Shown here: piece by piece, positions 58,588 to 64,000 of the stretch
How positions within the stretch are numbered: the stretch's first letter is position 1
How the letters are laid out: each line of letters begins with the position of its first letter
Translations under genes and position numbers: made by a program
Notes under the pieces: generated by a model
Databases searched by the model: none
What the model was told of the DNA's origin: nothing
The model's input: the letters and a program-made list of their open reading frames with translations, nothing else
From: Planctomycetota bacterium
GTDB lineage: Bacteria > Planctomycetota > UBA8108 > SXIK01
Reading direction: 5' to 3'
NCBI GenBank assembly: GCA_965223265.1
Contig: OZ244999.1
Span: 4,032,001 to 4,096,000 of the forward strand
DNA length: 64,000 bases

Positions 58588-60534
58588 ATGAGACAAACCC
58601 TACGACTGCTTTGCATTTTTTGCTGCATCTCTTGTTGTGCGAGCACAACTTTGCACGCACAGGAGATGAGTCTTGGGGCGGCCCAGGGAAGTTCAGGAGA
58701 GGAGATCTCGATCTCGCTCCAGCTGACCTCGAGTGCCGGGGTCGAGGGGCTGTCAGCGGTGTTCGAGTGGAACGGAGCGATCGCTGAAGGAGTTTCGCTC
58801 ACCCCAGCGGCGGCTATCGAAGGTGTAGATCTCCTCGTCAGCCGCGCCGAAGCGAATTTCATGGTTTTGGGAGTGGTGGTCGACACGGACGGGAGCGGCG
58901 AGTTCGTGATCCCGTCGGGTAACAACACCCTGCTCGCCACAGCGAACGTTCGCTGCCTCGAGCCTGGAGTGACCGATATAGTTTTCGTCGACAACAAGTA
59001 CGCCTCAGTAGCTGGAGGCGCCCTGCTCGCCAACCTCGTCGTTCAGGACGGCCAAGGCATTGGCGTCAACGAAGGCTTGGTCGTGACGAACGGTTCGGTC
59101 GAGTGCACTCAGGCGTCAACTCGTTTCTCGATCGACAGTAGTGTCGAAGAGGAAGCACGCGTGCTGCTCGACAGCGGCGTACCGATCGAAGGCTTCGTGG
59201 TTGCTCTGTGCCATGATCCTTCCGCTCTCCAGCTGCGTAACATCGTGCTGGGAGACGTTGTCTCGGTGCTTAACCCCGAGTTCACCAGCATTGAGCTCGA
59301 TTCCGGCGGTGGCGTCGTGGCCACCATCTTCGACGTCGAGCCACCTTTCGATGGTCAGACTTTGGCTCCAGGCACGGATCGGCACATCGCTTCGTATGTG
59401 TATGACTGCCTCGACACGTCTTCGGAAACTTCCGACGTGGAGTTCTGCGACCTCGTACTCAGCCAGCCAGCGAAAGAGAACGTGATCGTTTCCGGAGGCA
59501 AGTCTTTCAGCCCAGAATTAGAGGGCGGCGTCGTGATGTGTGCCGCTCAGCCGTGCGACCGAGAGATCTGCAACAATCGAATCGATGATGACTGCGATGG
59601 CCTCGTCGACGCAGAAGACGACGAGTGTCAAGAAGTAGCGTTTTTCTGTGGCCCTGCGGACTTTCGGGAAGGTGATGACCCGACGATTCGAGTCGCGCCG
59701 GGAGCCGCCGTTGACGTGTGTTTCTTCATCCGCAACCCCGAAGACAACGCCGTTGGACAGGAAAAACAGTTTGACCACCTGCAAGGATTCTCGATGTCGA
59801 TCGGTTTCAGTTGCGATTTGACCGCTAGAGACGAGTTCGACATCACCGACACGATCCTCGAGGCGCTGCGCGCCGAATTCGTTCTGCCGCAGGTCGATAA
59901 CGATGAAGACGACGGCGACGGTTGCGAGCTGATCATCGGCGTCCTGATCGATGCGGTGGCGCCGTTTGACGGTGCCACGATTCCACCGCTTGACTTCCCA
60001 CAGCGCATGGGATGCGTCAGATTCACCGTCGACGACAACCCCGACCTTTGCGGCTGGTGCCTGCCCATCGAGTTCATTGACGGCCTCTCAGGAAGCGACA
60101 TGGTACCAACGAAGAACCTCGTCTCCGCCGAGAACGAAGCACGCTCACCGCTCCTCAATGGATGCGAGATTTGCGTTGGTGACGCGGCGCTCTTCTTCCG
60201 CGGCGATTGCAACTTCGACGGTGGTGCAGAAGGGCTTGCCGTCGACATCGGAGACGCCGGCGCGCTGATCAGCCATCTCTTTTTTCCGGTGGGCTCTAGA
60301 TTCGAGGTGCCTTGCCAAGACGCCTGCGACTGCAACGATGATGGCAGGCTCGACATAGCCGACGCCACCTGCATGCTCGCCTACCTGTTCCAGTCCGGCC
60401 CCATGCCGGATCTCCCAGGCCCTGGTGCCGTGGGAGTGATTGGGGACGATCTGCCCCTCCGAGCCACGCCGCGCGGCGTGGATCCGACCGCCGACGACTT
60501 GGGCTGCACCGGCGGCACGGATTGCGGCAGTTGA
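58588..60534 (+). CDS. secreted protein: 3 cohesin-like domains, Cys/Asp metal-binding motif, C-terminal dockerin
   Basis: Signal ..LHA-Q; VEGLSAVFEW, IEGFVVALCHD, LQGFSMSIGF; EICNNRIDDDCDGLVD; FFRGDCN.DG...DIGD...CQDACDCNDDGRLDIAD...DPTADDLGC. Confidence 0.72.
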   Translation: MRQTLRLLCIFCCISCCASTTLHAQEMSLGAAQGSSGEEISISLQLTSSAGVEGLSAVFEWNGAIAEGVSLTPAAAIEGVDLLVSRAEANFMVLGVVVDTDGSGEFVIPSGNNTLLATANVRCLEPGVTDIVFVDNKYASVAGGALLANLVVQDGQGIGVNEGLVVTNGSVECTQASTRFSIDSSVEEEARVLLDSGVPIEGFVVALCHDPSALQLRNIVLGDVVSVLNPEFTSIELDSGGGVVATIFDVEPPFDGQTLAPGTDRHIASYVYDCLDTSSETSDVEFCDLVLSQPAKENVIVSGGKSFSPELEGGVVMCAAQPCDREICNNRIDDDCDGLVDAEDDECQEVAFFCGPADFREGDDPTIRVAPGAAVDVCFFIRNPEDNAVGQEKQFDHLQGFSMSIGFSCDLTARDEFDITDTILEALRAEFVLPQVDNDEDDGDGCELIIGVLIDAVAPFDGATIPPLDFPQRMGCVRFTVDDNPDLCGWCLPIEFIDGLSGSDMVPTKNLVSAENEARSPLLNGCEICVGDAALFFRGDCNFDGGAEGLAVDIGDAGALISHLFFPVGSRFEVPCQDACDCNDDGRLDIADATCMLAYLFQSGPMPDLPGPGAVGVIGDDLPLRATPRGVDPTADDLGCTGGTDCGS

Positions 60535-60730
60535 CCAGACTCTCCGGGCGCGATCATTCGGCCGCTCTACGGCCGGAAGCGACGTAAGGGAGTTCTTCAC
60601 GCTCTGTTCGGTTAGACTGGGCGCCAGAATGCGGCGGCCGGCACAGTGTGCCAGAGCAAACACCGGCGCCCGCGGCGACGGGGAATCGGTCCCCGCTGAC
60701 ACGTGTCTAACCTCGAGCTCGGCCAACACT

Positions 60731-61918
60731 ATGCCATCCACACGCCTCATCGACGACGAGCGTGCCGTCTCGCACCTGATGAACTTTCTCGCCACCGAAG
60801 GACCGAGCCGCCAAGAACAGGGAGTCGCCCAGATCGTCCGAGAGAAACTCGTGGCCGCGGGGTGCAAGCCAGCCTGGATTCGGCATGATTCCGCCCATCG
60901 CCGTCTTGGCGATGGCCACCAGGTCGGAAACTTGATCGTGCACTGGCCGGCAAAGGGCGCGGGCCGCCGGTCGCAGCCGCGACGCCTCTTTTGCGGCCAC
61001 ATGGACACCGTCCCGCTTTGCCGTGGCGCCGTCCCCGTGCGCCGAGGGCGCCGCATCGTAGCGAAAGGTCAAACGGCTCTGGGGGGCGATAATCGAACCG
61101 CCGTGGCTGCGATCGTGACCGCTGCGGAAGCGATCCTCAAATCGGCGCGACCTCACCCACCGCTCACCCTCCTCTTCACAGTAGGCGAGGAAATCGGGCT
61201 TCGCGGTGCCCGGGAGGTGCGGTTAGCAGACCTACGGCGTCCGCAACTAGGCTTCAACGTCGACTCAGGCGATCCCGCGCGCGTGATCATCGGCGCGACC
61301 GCTGCTGAAAGGTGGGAGGTTGATGTCTTTGGCATTGCCGCCCACGCGGGGGTACATCCCGACAACGGCGTCTCCGCTGCGCTCATCGCTTCGCACGCCA
61401 TCGCCGCCGTGGCCGAGGACGGATACTTCGGCAAGATCCAAAAAGGCCGCCAAACTGGGACCTCGAACGTGGGAATCGTCCGCGGTGGCGAAGCTACCAA
61501 CCAGGTCACCGATCATGTCTACATACTTGGAGAATCACGCAGCCACAACGCCAACTTCGTGAGGCGAATCACGCAGCGCTATGAGCGCGCGTTTCGCAGC
61601 GCTGCGACGCGGACGAAAAACAGTGCGCGCCAGTCCGGGAAAGCGAGCTTTCGCTGGTGGCTGGATTATCCGTCGTTTCGTCTCCCGGCCTCGGAAGGGG
61701 TGATCCGCGTTGCGGAGGCGTCGGTGCGTCGGCTGGGATTGACGCCACAGCGCGTTATCGTCGACGGCGGCGTGGACGCCAACTACCTGAACTCCAAGGG
61801 CATCCCCACGGTCACGTTGGGCGCCGGCCAACACGGCGCCCACACCTTAGGAGAGTACGTCGACGTCAAAGAGTATCTCAGTGGCTGCAAGCTGTTGACG
61901 GACTTGATGAGCGGCTAG
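60731..61918 (+). CDS. M20 family metallopeptidase (PepT-like)
   Basis: GHMDTV, LGGDNR, GEEIG, AHAG, GGVDAN, AHT..E. Confidence 0.9.
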   Translation: MPSTRLIDDERAVSHLMNFLATEGPSRQEQGVAQIVREKLVAAGCKPAWIRHDSAHRRLGDGHQVGNLIVHWPAKGAGRRSQPRRLFCGHMDTVPLCRGAVPVRRGRRIVAKGQTALGGDNRTAVAAIVTAAEAILKSARPHPPLTLLFTVGEEIGLRGAREVRLADLRRPQLGFNVDSGDPARVIIGATAAERWEVDVFGIAAHAGVHPDNGVSAALIASHAIAAVAEDGYFGKIQKGRQTGTSNVGIVRGGEATNQVTDHVYILGESRSHNANFVRRITQRYERAFRSAATRTKNSARQSGKASFRWWLDYPSFRLPASEGVIRVAEASVRRLGLTPQRVIVDGGVDANYLNSKGIPTVTLGAGQHGAHTLGEYVDVKEYLSGCKLLTDLMSG

Positions 61919-61971
61919 CAGCCCGTGCGGCCAGAAGGCTGTTGAACGAGTGCGTGGCGCATCACGGCCGG

Positions 61972-62412
61972 CTAAAGATTCAGCTGCAAGCGGGCCGCGT
62001 CGGACATGCGATCCATCGTCCATGGAGGATCCCACACGAGCTCTACTTTGCATTCGCGCACGCCCGGAGCGCCGCCGACTTTCTGTTCGACCTCCGGCGG
62101 CAAACTGCCGGCGACCGGACATGCCGGCGACGTCAAAGTCATCCGCACGTGAGCCTTCGCATCCTGGTCGATCGCGACTTCGTAGATCAGCCCGATCTCG
62201 TAGATATTGACCGGAATTTCGGGGTCGAAAATCGTTCGTAGGACGCCGACAACGTTGTCCTTGATCACTTCCTCATCGGGATGTCGCTCGAAATCATAGG
62301 CGGAGGTCTCTGCAGCAGGCTTCTCTGCCGCCTGGCTTGCGTCTTTTGATGTCGATTCGCTGGACGACTTTTCGTCGTCACTCCTCGGCGCCTTCGGATG
62401 CTCTTCCACCAT
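61972..62412 (-). CDS. SUF Fe-S assembly protein (DUF59/SufT-like)
   Basis: IFDPEIPVNIYEIGLIY, MTLTSPACP, WDPPW; start uncertain. Confidence 0.92.
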   Translation of the reverse strand: MVEEHPKAPRSDDEKSSSESTSKDASQAAEKPAAETSAYDFERHPDEEVIKDNVVGVLRTIFDPEIPVNIYEIGLIYEVAIDQDAKAHVRMTLTSPACPVAGSLPPEVEQKVGGAPGVRECKVELVWDPPWTMDRMSDAARLQLNL

Positions 62413-62538
62413 ATGTTGCCTCCAGGTCACGCGCAGCATGCTATCCGCCGTGCTACGTCGCCGTTGATTCGTTTCGGTTTGCTGCGAGTCGACCGTTTGG
62501 ACGTGAACCACATTGATCGACTCGACGTGTGGCTGAAG

Positions 62539-62991
62539 CTATTCGGTCGTTATGGTGCCACTCTTCTCTTCGAGGGCGGCCTTCAGGGTGTGCCAGGACA
62601 AGCTGGCACATTTGACGCGAGCTGGAAACTCACACACACCAGCGAAAACGGCCAGCTTGCCGAGCTTCTCAGTGTCGACTACGTCACCGGGTCGACCCGT
62701 GAGCATCGCATGAAAGCCTTCGAACAGTTCCTCGACTTCGGCCTTCGACTTACCCACAAGCAACTCTGAAAGCAGTGACGCTGACGCCATCGAAATCGCA
62801 CAGCCGGCACCGACAAAACTGATGTCGGTGACGACATCGTCTTCGACCTTTACATACAAAGTGATGCGATCGCCGCAAATCGGATTGTATCCCTCAAGCT
62901 GCGTGGTGGCGTCGTCCATGGCATGAAAATTCCGCGGACTCTTGCCATGGTCCAGAACGACCTCTTGATAGAGTTCCCGCAAGTCCGACAT
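62539..62991 (-). CDS. sufU: SufU (NifU-like) sulfur acceptor
   Basis: LYQEVVLDH, NPICGD, GCAISMAS, FPARVKCA. Confidence 0.95.
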   Translation of the reverse strand: MSDLRELYQEVVLDHGKSPRNFHAMDDATTQLEGYNPICGDRITLYVKVEDDVVTDISFVGAGCAISMASASLLSELLVGKSKAEVEELFEGFHAMLTGRPGDVVDTEKLGKLAVFAGVCEFPARVKCASLSWHTLKAALEEKSGTITTE

Positions 62992-64000
62992 CAGCGAAAC
63001 ACCTCGTCAACCTTCCGCAGAGCCGACACCAGAGAATCCACTTCATCTCGAGTGTTGTAGAGAGCGAACGAAGCCCGTGCGGTGGCAGCAACGCCGTATC
63101 GCTCCATCACCGGCTGTGCACAGTGGTGCCCGGCGCGAATCGCAACACCTTCCGTGTCGAGTATCGTACTAATGTCGTGCGGGTGAGCGGCGTCCATGAA
63201 AAAGGAGAGAATGCAGACCTTTTGCTCTGCCGTGCCAAGGAGCCGCACGCCCGGGAACTCTTGCAACTGCTCTGTGGCGTATTGCAGCAACTCCGCTTCG
63301 TGCTGCGCCGCCGCTTCGAGTCCGATCTCGGCGAGAAAATCGAGGGCTGCACCGAGCCCGATCACTCCAGCGATGTTCGGTGTACCAGCTTCAAACTTGT
63401 GAGGCGCCTTTTTGTAGGTCGAGCCTTCGAACGTCACCGTCGAAATCATCTCACCGCCGCCTTGATATGGAGACATCGCCTCGAGCAGCTCGGCCTTGCC
63501 GTAGAGCACCCCGACGCCCGTTGGACCATACAACTTATGCGACGAAAACGCGTAGAAGTCACAACCCAACTGCTGGACATCGACTGGCAGATGGGCCGCG
63601 GCCTGGGCACCGTCGATCATGACCGTGGCACCCACCTCGTGTGCCCGAGCAACGATCTCGGCGACAGGGTTGACCGTTCCCAGTGCGTTCGAAGCGTGAA
63701 CGACGGATACGAATCGTGTCGCCGGACCCAGGAGTTTCTCGAAATCTTCAAGCTCCGCCTCGCCTCGATCATTCAGTGGTACCACACGCAGGCGGGCGCC
63801 CGTCTCTTCGCAAACCATTTGCCAAGGCACGATGTTGGAGTGATGCTCCATCCCAGAGATCAAGATTTCGTCTCCAGGACTCAGGCGCCGCCGGCAAAAT
63901 GCACTGGCGACGAGATTGATGCTCTCCGTTGTACCGCGCGTGAACACAACTTCGTCGGCCGATGCGGCCCCAATCCAGTCACGCACGCGTCCACGAACGC
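62991..64000 (-). CDS. sufS: cysteine desulfurase SufS (5'-partial, runs off the window)
   Basis: FTRGTTE, EHHSN, DGAQ, SSHK, EAGTP, RAGHHCAQP. Confidence 0.96.
   Translation of the reverse strand, partial: VRGRVRDWIGAASADEVVFTRGTTESINLVASAFCRRRLSPGDEILISGMEHHSNIVPWQMVCEETGARLRVVPLNDRGEAELEDFEKLLGPATRFVSVVHASNALGTVNPVAEIVARAHEVGATVMIDGAQAAAHLPVDVQQLGCDFYAFSSHKLYGPTGVGVLYGKAELLEAMSPYQGGGEMISTVTFEGSTYKKAPHKFEAGTPNIAGVIGLGAALDFLAEIGLEAAAQHEAELLQYATEQLQEFPGVRLLGTAEQKVCILSFFMDAAHPHDISTILDTEGVAIRAGHHCAQPVMERYGVAATARASFALYNTRDEVDSLVSALRKVDEVFR

Noticed and set aside
1-64000. tRNA/rRNA genes, prophage, integrase or defence systems
   Set aside because: No cloverleaf, rRNA-like tract or hallmark proteins seen by eye

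Overview
This is a GC-rich bacterial chromosomal window, most consistent with an uncultured Planctomycetota lineage. That placement is inferred from a stand-alone zinc-free rpsD, the futalosine pathway, a sulfatase, an FHA-Ser/Thr kinase and planctomycete-type 'F.RGD.N.DG..DISD' dockerins. Most genes are housekeeping: rpsD, mqnB/mqnD, pgk, yggS, PNP, clpP, purN, cmk-plsC-rpsA, larE, glnA, plsY, fdhD, pdxST, DUF368, araB, lysA and sufS/U/T. There is also a heterodimeric ABC exporter and an MFP plus two-RND efflux operon. Three signals stand out. (1) Three secreted, acidic, apparently enzyme-free proteins combine one, two or three cohesin-like domains with one C-terminal dockerin, a candidate self-assembling extracellular scaffold. 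(2) Two families of non-autonomous palindromic MITE-like repeats (about 10 copies or remnants) sit in YTAG/CTAA sites, often stop codons; family-1 arm mismatches favour G-U/G-T pairing on one strand only. (3) A promoter, hairpin and 11-codon leader ORF precede the BmrCD-like exporter. No tRNA, rRNA, CRISPR array or transposase was seen. All calls come from reading motifs by eye; no searches were run.
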